Below, piece after piece: positions 51,362-63,510 of a DNA stretch of 64,000 bases. The stretch lies in assembly GCF_018350175.1 (NCBI RefSeq), contig NC_058368.1:131070001-131134000 (forward strand). Direction: 5' to 3'. The notes below the pieces were generated by a model. It ran no database searches, was not told the DNA's origin, and saw nothing but the letters and a program-made list of their open reading frames with translations. How positions within the stretch are numbered: position 1 is the stretch's first letter; the number at the start of each line of letters is the position of its first letter. The DNA is from Felis catus. Lineage: Eukaryota. Position numbers and translations under genes: made by a program.

Positions 51362-54300
51362 GGGGAGAATAAATAAATAAATAAATAAATACCAAAAGCA
51401 ACAAAGATTAGAAAGGACCAGAGAACACCACCAGAAATTCCAACTCTACAAGCAACATAATGGCAATAAATTCATATCTTTCGGTATTTACTCTAAATGT
51501 CAATGGACTCAATGTTCCAATCAAAAGACATGGAGTAAGAGAAAGGATTAGACAACAAGATCCATCTATATGCTGTTTGCAAGAGACCCACTTTAGACCT
51601 AAAGATGCCTTCAGATTGAAAATAAGGGGATGGAGAAGCATCTCTCATGTTAATGGTCAGCAAAAGAAAGCCAGAGTAGTCATACTTATATCAGACAATC
51701 TAGACATTAAAATAAAACGGTATCAAGAGATGCAGAAGGGCATTATATCATAATTAAGGGGTCTATCCACCAAAAAGACCTAATAATTGTAAACATTTAT
51801 GCTCCAAATGTGGGAAAACCCCAAATGTATAAATCAATTAATCACAAATATAAAGAAACTCCTTGATAATAATACCATAATAGTAGGGGACTTCAACACC
51901 CCACTTACGGTAATGGACAGATCATCTAATCAGAATACCAACAAGGAAACAATGGCTTTGAATGACACACTGGACCAGATGGACTTAACAGATAGACTCA
52001 GAACATTTCATCCCAAAGCAATGGAATACACATTCTTCTCCAGTGCACATGGAACGTTCTCCAGAATAGACCACATACTGGGACACAAATCAGCCCTCAA
52101 CAAGTATAAAAAGACTGAGATCATACCATGCATATTTTCAGACCACAACGCTATGAAACTCGAAATCAACCACAAGAAAAATATTGGAAAGGTAACAAAT
52201 ACTTGGAGACTAAAGAACATCCTACTAAAGAATGAATGGGCTAACCAAGAAGTTATAGAGGAAATTAAAAAGTATATGGAAGTCAATGAAAATGATAATA
52301 CCACAGCCCCAAACCTCTGGGACGCAGGAAAGGTGGTCATAAGAGGAAAATATATAGCAATCCAGGCCTTCCTAAAGAAGGAAGAAAGTCCTCAGATGCA
52401 CAACCTAACCTTATGCCTTAAAGAGCTGGAAAAAGAACAGCAAATAAAACCCAAAACCGGCAGAAGACAGGAAATAATAAAGATTAGAGCAGAAATTAAT
52501 GCTATCGAAACCAAAAAAAAAAAAAAAAAAAAACAAAAAAAACAAAAAAACAGTAGAACAGATCAATGAAACCAGAAGCTGGTTCTCTGAAAGAATTAAC
52601 AAAACTGATACACCACTAGCCAGGGTGATCAAAAAGAAAAAGAAAAGGATCCAAATAAATAAAATCAAGAATGAAAAGGGGAGATCACAACCAACACAGA
52701 AGAAATAAAAACAATAAGAGAATATTATGAACAATAATATGCCAATAAAATGGGCAATCTGAAAGAAATGGACAAATTCCTAGAAACATATACACTACCA
52801 AAACTGAAACAGGAAGAAATAGAAAATTTGAACAGACCCATAAACAGTAAGGAAATCAAATTAGTAATCAAAAATCTGCCAAAAAACAAGAGTCCAGGGC
52901 CAGATGGCTTTCCAGGGGAAGTCTACCAATCATTTAATGAAGAGTTAACACCTATTCTCTTGAAGCTGTTCCAAAAAATAGAAATGGAAGGAAAACTTCC
53001 AAACTCTTTCTATGAAGCCAGCATTACCTTGATTCCAAAACCAGACAAAGACCCCCACCTAAAAGGAGAATTATAGACCAATTTCCCTGATGAACATGGA
53101 TGCAAAAATCCTCAACAAGATTTTAGCCAACTGGATCCAAAAATTCATTAAAAAAATTATTCACCATGACCAAGTGGGATTTATACCTGGGATGCAGGGC
53201 TGTTCAATATCCACAAAACAATAAATGTGATTCATCACATTAATAAAAGGAAGGACAAGAATCATAGATGCAGAGAAAGATTTGAGAAAATACAGCATAC
53301 TTTCTTGATAAAGCCCTCAAGAAAGTAGGGATCGAAAGATCATACCTCGAGATCATAAAAGCCATATATGAACGACCCAATGCTAATATCATCCTCACTG
53401 GGGAAAAACTGAGAGCTTTCCCCCTAAAGTCAGGAACAAGACAGGGATGTCCACTCTCACTACTGTTATTCAACATAGTACTGGAAGTCTTAGCCTCAGC
53501 AATCAGACAGCACAAAGAAATAAAAAGCATCCAAATCACCCAGGAGGAGGTCAAACTTTCACTCTTCGCAGATGACATGATACTCTATATGGAAAACCAA
53601 AAAAATTGCAATAAAAACTGGGAGAACTGGTTCGTGAATTCAGCAAAGTGGCCGGAGATAAAATCAATGCACAGAAATAGGTTGCATTCCTATACACTAA
53701 CAATGAAGCAACAGAAAAAGAAATCAAGGAATCGATTTACATTGCATTTACAATGCATTTACAATTGCACCAATACCCATAAAATACATAGGAATAAATC
53801 TAACCAAAGAGGTGAAAAATCTATACACTGAAAACTATAGAAAGCTTATGAAAGAAATGGAAGAAGACCCAAAAAAATGGAAAACTATTCCATGCTCCTG
53901 GATAGGAAGAACGAATATTGTTAAAATGTTGATACTACCCAAAGCAATCTACATACTCAATGCAATACCTAGCAAAATAACACAAGCATTCTTCACAGAT
54001 ATAGAACAAATAATTCTGAAATTTTTATGGTTCCAGAAAAGACCCCAAATAGCCAAAGCAGTCTTGAAAAAGAAAACCAGAGCAGGAGGCATCACGTTCC
54101 TGGACTTCAAGCTGTATTACAAATTTGTAATCATCAAGACAGTATGGTACCGGCACAAAAACAGACACTCAGATCAATGGAACATATTAGAGAACCCAAA
54201 AATGGACCCACAAACATATGGCCAACTAATCTTTGACAAAGCAGGAAAGAATATCCAGTGGAATAAAGACAGTCTCTTCAGCAAATGGTGCTGGGAAAAC

Positions 54301-54421
54301 TGGACAGCAACATGCAGAAGAATGAACGTGGACCACTTTCTTACATCATACACAAAAATAAACTCAAAATGGATGAAAGACCTCAATGTAAGACAGGAAG
54401 CCATCAAAATCCTCGAGGAGA

Positions 54422-54645
54422 GGGGCGCCTGGGTGGCGCAGTCGGTTAAGTGTCCGACTTCAGCCAGGTCACGATCTCGCGGTCCGTGAGTTCGAGCCCC
54501 GCGTCGGGCTCTGGGCTGATGGCTCAGAGCCTGGAGCCTGTTTCCGATTCTGTGTCTCCCTCTCTCTCTGCCCCTCCCCCGTTCATGCTCTGTCTCTCTC
54601 TGTCCCAAAAAAAATAAATAAACGTTGAAAATAAAAATTAAAAAA
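54422..54645 (+). mobile_element. Young felid Can-SINE inserted in L1 ORF2
   Basis: Perfect 16-bp TSD aaaatcctcgaggaga (54406-54421 / 54646-54661); CpGs largely intact; empty site present in the paralogous L1 at ~3092-3107. Confidence 0.98.
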
Positions 54646-55376
54646 AAAATCCTCGAGGAGAAAGCAGGCAAAAACCTCTTGGATCTTGGCTACAGCAACT
54701 TCTTACTCAACACATCTCTGGAGGCAAGGGAAACAAAAGCAAAAATGAGCTAGTGGGACCTCACCAAAATAAAAAGCTTCTGCACAGCAAAGGAAACAAT
54801 CAGCAAAACTAAAAGGCAACCGACAAAATGGGAGAAGATATTTGCAAACGACATATCAGATAAAGGGTTAGTATCCACAATCTATAAAGAACTTATCAAA
54901 CTCAACACCCAAAAAACAAATAATCCAGTAAAGAAATGGGCAAAAACATGAATAGACACTTCTCCAAAGAAAACATCCAGATGGCCAACTAACACATGAA
55001 ACAATGCTCAACATCACTCATCATCAGGTAAATACAAATCAAAACCACCATGAGATACCACCTAACACCTGTCAGAATGGCTAACATTAACAACTCAGGC
55101 AACAACAGATGTTGGCGAGGATGTGGAGGAAGAGGATCTCTTTTGCACTGCTGATGGGAATGCAAACTGATGCAGCCAGTCTGGAAAACAGTATGGACAT
55201 TCCCCAAAAACTAAAAATAGAAGTACCCTACAACCCAGCAGTTGCACTACTAGGTATTTTTCCAAGGCATACAGGTGTGCTGTTTCAAGGGGACACATGC
55301 ACCCCAATGCCAAAGTATGGAAAGAGCCCAAATGTCCATCGATGTATGAATGGATAAAGAAGATAAAGAAGATGTC

Positions 55377-55399
55377 GTGTGTGTGTGTGTGTGTGTGTG

Positions 55400-55441
<42 letters not shown>
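55377..55441. repeat. Compound (GT)12-AT-(AC)n self-complementary microsatellite in L1 3' region
   Basis: Direct reading; paralogous site at ~3831-3850 is only gtggtatatatacacaatgg. Confidence 0.95.
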
Positions 55442-55443
<2 letters not shown>

Positions 55444-58400
55444 GGAGTATTACTCGGCAATCAAAAAGAATGAAATCTTGCTATTTGCAACTACATGAAT
55501 GGAACTGGAGGGTATTATACTAAGTGAAATCAGTCAGTCAGAGAATGACAAAGATAATATGAATTCACTTATATGAGGACTTTAAGAGACAATACAGATG
55601 GACATAAGTGAAGAGAAACAAAAATAATATAAAAACAAGAAGCGTGACAAGAGACTCATAAATATGGAGAACAAACTGAGGATTACTGGAGGGGTTTTGG
55701 GAGGGGAGATGGGCTAAACGGGTAAGAGGCATTAAGGAATCTACTCCTGAAATCGTTGTTGCACTATACGCTAACTAAGTTGGATGTAAATTTCAAGAAT
55801 TAAAAAAAGACAATTTAGGAAGCTATGACCATCATGCAATCATAAACTAAAACCTAAAACTAGAATGTGAGAAATTTAAAAAAAATAGGAAAGGTATACA
55901 TGAGAGACACAAAAGTAGAGCCACTGGACTTGGCAGTTAGGGATGTTGGCGAAGAATCGTGTGATAAGCTAGGAAATGTCCATTCCCATAGATCTAGTTA
56001 GTACAAAGCCAGAGTGTATAATATCAGTAGATAACTCGATAACTTGGAGTAGCTTGACAGTTTAAGAATCACTCTGTTATAAAAACACTAGTGCAATGTT
56101 AGTTGTGTTAACTGTTGCAGACTTCATTTAGCCCGCTGAGATCATTGCCCCCATTCCTACCACTTGTTACCCTATTTCTTTCATAAAAAAGTCATCAGGC
56201 ACAGATTCTCTCCTGTTTGTCAAAGTTTCGATAATTAAAAGTGCTATGTGTTCTTAGAGGCAATGGGGAAGTGGAGGAAGTCAGAGCAACTGCCAGCCCT
56301 AGACTTCCCATTCTCTCAATTTCAAATCACACTTGAGGTGGTGAAGGAGCAAGCCAGGCCAGGAGGGCCAGAAAGAGAAGTTGTATATATGCCAGTTTAA
56401 AGGTCAGCTCAAACTCTGAGTCTTTCCCACAGGCACTATTTCAGCCTCCAACTCCGTGCAATTCCATCTGGCCTTCCATCTGGCTTCCAGGTAGCAGATT
56501 CTCCAGTACAGATGTGCTTTTATTGTGACTGTTCACCTGGAGCATCCATCTAGACATATAACTTTTGAATGAAACCGTGGACAAGTTGACCCTCATAACA
56601 TATCTTCCTTTCACCCCAAAGCTGGCTTCACCCAGCCTCCCTTCATGTCTTGTCTCACAGAATATCTCCACCTCAAAGCTCAACCCTTCAACCTCTTGCC
56701 TTCTTCAAGACTTTGCTCCTTCAGTGATTCCTTCTTTCACCAGAATATTCAGTTTTTCCTGCCTTCAGCCTTTCACCTCTGTTGCTTCCATTTTCCCCAT
56801 TTGCCAGAGATATGCTTTGGTCTCATTTTCTCTGAAAGAAAAAGAAATGTTTATGTCACCCAAACTTCCCTTTAGCTGCTTTCTTCCTCTTTTTAAGACT
56901 AAAATTGAATTCTGGAAATTTATAAAAGAGATGTTTCTTCTCTCGCCAAGTAGCACCTTCTGTTCTAAATTTCCTTATTCCTAGTCTATTGCAATCATCT
57001 CCAGTCTCCAATGGTGGGTTCCTCTCAAACAGCATTTTAAACACCCAGTCCATCTTGCAGGCTTCTCGACTTCTTCCTTGCAGCCCTTTGTTATTCATCA
57101 CTCCCATTTCCATCCTTCCTCCATCATACTAGTTTAGGCTATTCTACTGCAATAGTCATTTAAGTTTGCTACAGAATTCTTAAGTAATCTCGTGTGGTAA
57201 TACAGGAAAGATTCTTGGCCATTTGTCATCTTATGGTCATCAACTTACATGTATAAACACATGAGCTTGGAAAACTGTCGCTGAAAAAGCGTGGTGCAGA
57301 TAATTTCATTTCCCTTGAGATGCTTTATATATGCTATAACCATGGTCATACACCAGTCATAAGGTGTTCTATAGTGCTTTCAGTTTTTTTTTGTATAATT
57401 CCATAACAATTAGTGCTATCTATATTACAGAACATATAGAAAGCCCCCCTTTCAGTTGTCCAAGTGATAAAAGGAAAGTTGTCATTGCATCTTGTGATTG
57501 CTAGTCAACTTAGGCAATGTTCTGTTCCTCTTGGCCTGGCTTGCTCCTCCACCACTTTTGGCGTGATCCAAAATTGAAGGAATGGGGAATAAAATTTTCA
57601 AGTCAGAGACTTCATTAGGGAGATACATAGTACAAATTTTGCGAGCCTAATGGGGAAAGCATAACGAAAGAAAAGGATTCCTCAAATAAAGGAAAAGGCA
57701 TATTTCTGCTCATATGACAGTCAAAGGCTGGTTGGTGGGGAAGACTCTGGTCTACATAGAGAATTAGAGATCCAGGCTCCTTACAGCCGTGACCCCAATC
57801 CTCCTTTCTGTCTCGGGAGTCGTTTCCATTCACCTACCAAGTGCGATAAAAAGCTCATTCTGGAGGTGTTTACAGTCCAACCCTCAAAGTGGTGATATCA
57901 CTCTGCACGTATTATATTAGCCTGACACCAGCCTCATGGCCACACCCTACAAGAAGAAACATTGGAAAATCTAGTCTGTTTGTCTACTAGGGAAGAAAAG
58001 TTCTTGCATACTGATGACCAGAAACATGCTCTGATACATTAGTAAACCATAATAAGATGCTGTTGTAACCCATTAGAAAGCACAAACAGTAAAGTTAATG
58101 TCAATGACTATTAGGATTGTTTCTAGAATTGTGAGGACCCAGTCTGATTCTTTACATGAACTGAAATGCATTTGGGTGTTTCTAACGTGTCTATGCATGG
58201 TCAATCCCTCCTAAACCTTGAAATGCCTGTGCATGTTCATAAATAGGTAATGATTACACATTTGCAATGTGATAGATGCAAAGTATGTCTAATCATCATT
58301 AACAATGATGTATTATCCTAATATCAACATTGTAAAAAGCTATAACAAAAATAGGAAACTATAGACCAATATTTCATATGAATACAGATATAAAATCCAA

Positions 58401-59064
58401 AAAAAAAATACTAGCAAACCCAATCCAGTAACATATAAAAAGAAATATACACTATGACTAAATGAGATTTATCTCAAGAATGTAAGGTTGGTTTCACATC
58501 TGAAAGCAAATTACTGTAACACACCATATCAATAGAATAAAGCAAAAAAACAAAAAACAAACAAACAAACAAAAACAGAAGCACATGGTCATCTTAGTTG
58601 ATCCAGAAGAAGCATTTGATAAAATCCAACAGCCTTTTATGATTAAAAAAACAATTGTTAAAGTAGGAAGATAAAGAAATTTCCTCAGCCTGATAAAGTA
58701 CAGCTATGAAAAATCTGTACTGAACAACATAAATAATGGTGAAAGTCTGAATGCTCTCCCAACATGACCAGGAAGAAGGTGAAAGGATATCCGGTCTCAT
58801 CATTTCCATGCAATCTTGTACTAGAGGTTCCAGCCAGGGAATTGGGCAAGAAAATGAAATAAGGTATACATACTGGGGAATAAAAGAAGTAAGACTATTT
58901 CTGTTTACAGATGACACTATGTTGCATACTGAAAAATCCTAAGAAATTCACTAATGGTATATTAGAACAAATAAGTTAGCAAGACTGCAGAACAAAAGAT
59001 CAATATACAAAAATCTAGAGTTGTATACGATGAACAATTTGAAAATGATATAAAGAACGCAATA

Positions 59065-59288
59065 AGCTTCCAGTTATGGAACAAATCAGTCACATGAGAT
59101 GAAGGGTACAGCATAGAGAATATAGTCAATGGTATTGTAATAGTGTTGTATGGTGACAGACGGTCCCTACACTGGTGGTGAGCACAGCATAACCTATAGA
59201 GTTGCTGAATCACTATGTTGTACACCTGAAACTAATGTAACATTGTGTATCAACTATACTTCAATTAAAATTTTTTTAAGGTTTTTAA
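59065..59288 (+). mobile_element. Short L1MA9/carnivore-L1-like 3' fragment nested in older L1
   Basis: gcttccagttatggaa..gaatatagtcaat..tatggtgacaga..tgtacacctgaaactaatgtaacattgtgtatcaactatac; TSD aaagaacgcaata (59052-59064) / aaagaaagcaata (59289-59301). Confidence 0.85.
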
Positions 59289-59418
59289 AAAGAAAGCAAT
59301 ATTTTAATTACAATAGCACCAGAAAAGAATATGATCTGGGAATAAATTCAACAAAATGAACGCAGACTTGCATTCTGAAAACTACAAAACGCTGTTAAAG
59401 TAACTTAAAGCAGATGTA

Positions 59419-59610
59419 GGGGAACCTGGGTGGCTCAGTCTGTTGAGCATCGAACTTCGGCTCAGGTCACAATCTCACAGTTCGTGAGTTCGAGCCCCAC
59501 ATTGGGTTAGCTGCTGTTAGTGCAGGGCCTGCTTCTTCAGATCCTGCTCTCCTCTTTCTCTGGCACTCCTCTGCTCATGCTCGCTCTTCCTCAAAAAATA
59601 AACATTAAAA
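59419..59610 (+). mobile_element. Older Can-SINE nested in L1M
   Basis: ggggaacctgggtggctcag head; degenerate TSD aaagtaacttaaagca / aaagtacctcgaagca. Confidence 0.9.
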
Positions 59611-61885
59611 AAAAGTACCTCGAAGCATATTTAAATAAGTGGAAAGACATTCCATGTTCATAAATCCAAAGATGTAATGTTGTTAATGTTATGATACTCC
59701 TCATATTGATCTACAACAGATTCAATGCAATCTCTATTAAAATCTCAGCTACCTTTTTTTTTCCTGAAATTGACAAGCAGATCTTAGAATTCATATGGAA
59801 ATGTAAGGGACACAATAACTGAAACAGTCTTGCAAATAAAAGAATGAAGTCGAAGAACTCATATATTCTGATTTCAAAACTTACTACAAATCTATAGTAA
59901 TCAAGAATATACGATACTGACATAAGGACAGGCATATAGATCAGCGTAATAGAATTCACAGTCCAGAAATAACCCCTTACATTCATGCTCAATTGATCTT
60001 CATCAAGAGTGCTAAAATTAATTCCATGAGGAAAAATAGTTATTTCTTCAACAAATGTTACAGGAAATACAAAAATCTGAAGTTGCGTAACTTGTTTGCA
60101 GCGCACACAAAAATTAACTGAAAATGGATCAGCTACCTAAATGTAAAAGCTAAATACAACCCTTAAAAAACACATATAGGAGTAAACCTTCATGTCCTTC
60201 TCAGATACAACACAAAAAGCATAAGCAGCAAAAGAAAAAATAGGTAAATTGGACTTCACCAAAATTAAAAACACCTTTGTTGCATACGGTAACCTCAAGA
60301 AAGTGAAAAGACAATAGAAGGGAAGAAGATAATAGGCAAATCATCTTCTGATAAGTGTACAGTATCCAGAATATAGAAAAAAACTTTAGCAACTCAACAA
60401 AAAGACCACCAGAGTTTAAAAATGAGAAAAGAATTTGAATAGCTATGTCTCTAGATAAAATATACACATGGCCAATAGGCACATGAAAAGGTGCTCGATA
60501 TCATTGGTTATTGGACAAATGCAAATAAAAACCTCAGTGAGATACCACTTCAAACAAACTAGGATGGCTGTCATCAAAATGATGGATAATAACAAGTACT
60601 GGCCAGGAGACCTCAGAAGGGACCATTTTACTTAGTGGGTGGGAATGAAGAAAGGTGCAGCCACCTTGGAGTACATTTATTAAGTTCCTTAAAATTTTTA
60701 ACATATGGTTAGCACATGACTCAGCAATTCTACTCCTAGTTTTATACCCAAGATTATGAAAACATGCCCACACAGAAATTTGTATGCAAATGTTCATAAC
60801 AGCATTATCCATAGTAGTCAAAAAGTGGAAACAACCCAAATGTTTATTAATGGATGAATAAATACAGTGTAGTAGATCTATAAAATTAAGTATTATTTGA
60901 AAATACAAAGAAATAAAGTCCAGATACCTAGTACAACATGGATAACCTTTAACTCATTACACCAAGTAAAATAAACCCTTTACAAAAGACCACATATTAC
61001 ATGAAATGCTCTTAATGGGCAAAGTCATAGAGACAGAAAGTAGATTAGTGATTGCCTGCCTAGCGCTCAGGGTTTAGTGGGAAATAAGGAGCAATTGTTA
61101 ATGGATATAGCACTATTATTATTATTTTGAGGGATAATAAAAATTCTCTAAAATGGATTGCAATGATGGCTGCCCAACTCTGTGAAGGTACTATAAACTT
61201 TCAAAGCATATACTCTAATGGGTTAATGTAAAGAATGTGAAACAGATCTCTATAGACCTGTTTCCAAAATAAAACTATATAACATAGCAAGATGTCAGTA
61301 GTGGCACAGCAAGAAGTTAAATTCGGGTGACGTGACCGGCCAAAGATATACACTATGCAGAATGTACGCTAGACGTTGCGGATTATAGAACTATATGAGA
61401 CACAGTGAGGCCCCGTTCAGGGCTTCCCATGACCTAGCCCCTAACAGGCTAAATACTAACACTTTCAACATAAATGAATCTGCTGTCAGCGACTAAGAAA
61501 ATTCTAGAATTTGAGCACACAAATCCCGAAATCTTCAATTTCCTGGTATTTCCTGTTGGAAATAGGCCCTTTAGAGTTTTCATAGTAAATCGTATAAGAT
61601 TTAAGATTTATTTGTTCAAGGGCTTAGTTTCAACAAGTCTGAACCTCATGCCTCTGATAACTCTTTCAAGGTGCCCATTGAAATGTTACCTTATCAGTAA
61701 GCCCTTCCTTGAACATCTGTAAAAAATAACAACACTCTTCCCCTACATCTCACCACTTGCTATATATCATGCTCTAGTTTTTTCCCATAATACTAATCAC
61801 CATCCGATATATAACATATATTCGTGGTTTTAGTGTTGATTTTCTCTTTCCTTCTTTGGAATGTAAACTCTTTAAGGCATGAGAC

Positions 61886-62395
61886 TGTATCAGTTAGCCT
61901 TTTCCGCCTGACAAATTCCCTTCAAAATTCAGTGCCTTAAAATAACAACCATCTATTTTGTTCACAAGTCTGTGCTTTGACAATTTGGTGATAAATGAAG
62001 GTGGGAGTTTTCTCTGGTGTGAGCTGTGCTCACTCTTGCATCTGCAGTCAGCCTCTGAGTCAACTGAGATCTGGCTCATCTGTGATAACCTTAGCTAGGA
62101 CGAGTCTTCTCTGCTCCAGGTGATCTCTTCGTCTCCAGCAAACGAGCACAGGCTTGTACCCATGGTGGTTGGGCAGGACTCTGAGGTACCATGTAGAAGC
62201 GTGCAAAGCGTCGTCAATTGCATGGTTACATCAATTCTGCCATGTTTATTGGTCAAAGTAAATCACAAGGCCAACCCATATTCAAGCAGTGAGAAAGCCT
62301 CCATGTCTTTCTGGGTGAAGCTAAAACTCACATTGCAAAAAGGTGGACACACGGAGGGCACTAACTGTGGCATTCTTACAGAAAACTCTGCCACA
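61886..62395 (-). mobile_element. MaLR solo LTR (MLT1H-like) inserted into an L2 3' end (~61650-62495)
   Basis: TGTATCAGTTAGC...CTGCCACA termini with perfect 5-bp TSD gagac (61881-61885 / 62396-62400); L2 tail continues (gcacctagaacagtgcctgg..gaatgaatgaat). Confidence 0.85.
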
Positions 62396-63280
62396 GAGAC
62401 TTCCTCTGATTTGTTCACTGCTATATCCAAAGCACCTAGAACAGTGCCTGGGTCACAGATATTCCAGAAATATTAGTTGAAAGAATGAATGAATCACATG
62501 CCCACTCTGTCTAAACCAGAGGTTGTCCCATAGACTGCCTCTTCTCCGTTACAAATCCTTGCAATGCAGTATATGCTTTCGAGAAACTACATTGATTGTG
62601 AATAGTTGCAATTGGAGTTCTGCTCTACTGTTCTTTTGAAGTTAAAATGAGCTTTCACCATTTGTTTTCTCTCTTAGTTACTTCTTCCAAGTTAGACTAC
62701 TTGCTTCCATAGACGGTGAAGCATACCATATTTCATAAAATGCTTCTCATCCAAGGACCTTAGAAAAGTTTCAAAACTGTCTCCTCCATCTCCACAGCTA
62801 TATAACCTGTAAGATAGGTGAGTCCTGTTGTCTACTCCTTTCTTTCTCCGTCCCTTATTCCAACCAGCCTGTTTCTTTTTCTTTCTTCAAACCTAAATCC
62901 AGATGAGACACAAGAGAACAACCACTTGCTAATACACAAAACATCTCCTTGAAACTTGGTTCGGGGAACTTTCTGGAAGCTGGACCATTGTGCAGTATTA
63001 TAGATAAGTGTTGCAGAAATAACTGATCAGTTATGAAGTGTCTTGGGACCCAACTCATTTCCTCATCCCTGCCATTGCCACATAGCAAAGTGAGCTGGGA
63101 AATAGAAACAACCCATTGCATACTTTAGCCTCCTGGATCCAGATTTTCCAGGAATATCTGTTTAGGGATCAAATGGGTCTGCTACAGTTCTTGATAACTG
63201 GATTTAAAGAATAAACTGTATTGCTCTGCTGTCCATTGGTCAACTGGACAGACTCAATCTTCTGGGCTTCGTGTATCCTT

Positions 63281-63510
63281 TTTTTTTTTTTTTTAATTTT
63301 TTTTTCAATGTTTTTTTAAATTTATTTTTGGGACAGAGACAGAGCATGAACGGGGGAGGGGCAGAGAGAGAGGGAGACACAGAATCGGAAACAGGCTCCA
63401 GGCTCCTAGCCATCAGCCCAGAGCCCGACGCGGGGCTCGAACTCACGGACCGCGAGATCGTGACCTGGCTGAAGTCGGACGCTTAACCGACTGCGCCACC
63501 CAGGCGCCCC
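63281..63510 (-). mobile_element. Young felid Can-SINE
   Basis: Perfect 18-bp TSD tgggcttcgtgtatcctt (63263-63280 / 63511-63528); long homopolymer tail; CpGs intact. Confidence 0.98.

Larger units (their letters stand above)
51460..55632 (+). pseudogene. L1 ORF2 remnant, frameshifted and interrupted by a SINE
   Basis: ORF-track fragments 51460-51753, 51799-52569, 52750-53076, 53812-54489; FADDM motif retained at ~53564-53579. End approximate. Confidence 0.95.
48790..55806 (+). mobile_element. Full-length, inactive LINE-1 (felid/carnivore type) with 5'UTR, ORF1, ORF2, 3'UTR
   Basis: Perfect 19-bp TSD aagacaatttaggaagcta (48771-48789 / 55807-55825); starts ggggaggacccaagat; ~1.7-kb 5'UTR with GC-richer then T-rich part; ORF1 and ORF2 remnants; short A-tail. 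Confidence 0.98.
58345..61275 (+). mobile_element. Ancient 5'-truncated L1M (L1MB-like): RT/C-terminal ORF2 and 3'UTR
   Basis: aactatagaccaatattt.., gatccagaagaagcatttgataaaatccaaca, tttacagatgac, 3' acagaaagtagattagtgattgcc..ttgcaatgatggctgc..aactctgtga. Confidence 0.88.

Noticed and set aside
54174..54671. 165-aa ORF and other SINE/microsatellite ORFs (MCVCVC..., SAQVMIS..., ERERE...)
   Set aside because: Translation artefacts of Can-SINEs, antisense L1 and dinucleotide repeats.
1..55825. ~51-kb segmental or tandem duplication explaining the two similar L1s
   Set aside because: Sequences 3' of the two L1s are unrelated and copy 2's TSD is absent after copy 1.
61290..61500. Short non-repeat segments with slightly raised CpG (also ~48600-48770, ~55900-56150, ~14600-14800)
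   Set aside because: No shared motif, ORF, structure or boundary signal found; cannot be distinguished from ordinary unique DNA by eye.
62678..62817. Plus-strand exon ending AG|gtgagt
   Set aside because: Good donor but ambiguous acceptor and no supporting neighbours or homology; chance level.
5453..63510. tRNA genes suggested by A/B-box-like heads
   Set aside because: All are tRNA-derived SINE heads followed by CT tract, A-tail and TSD.
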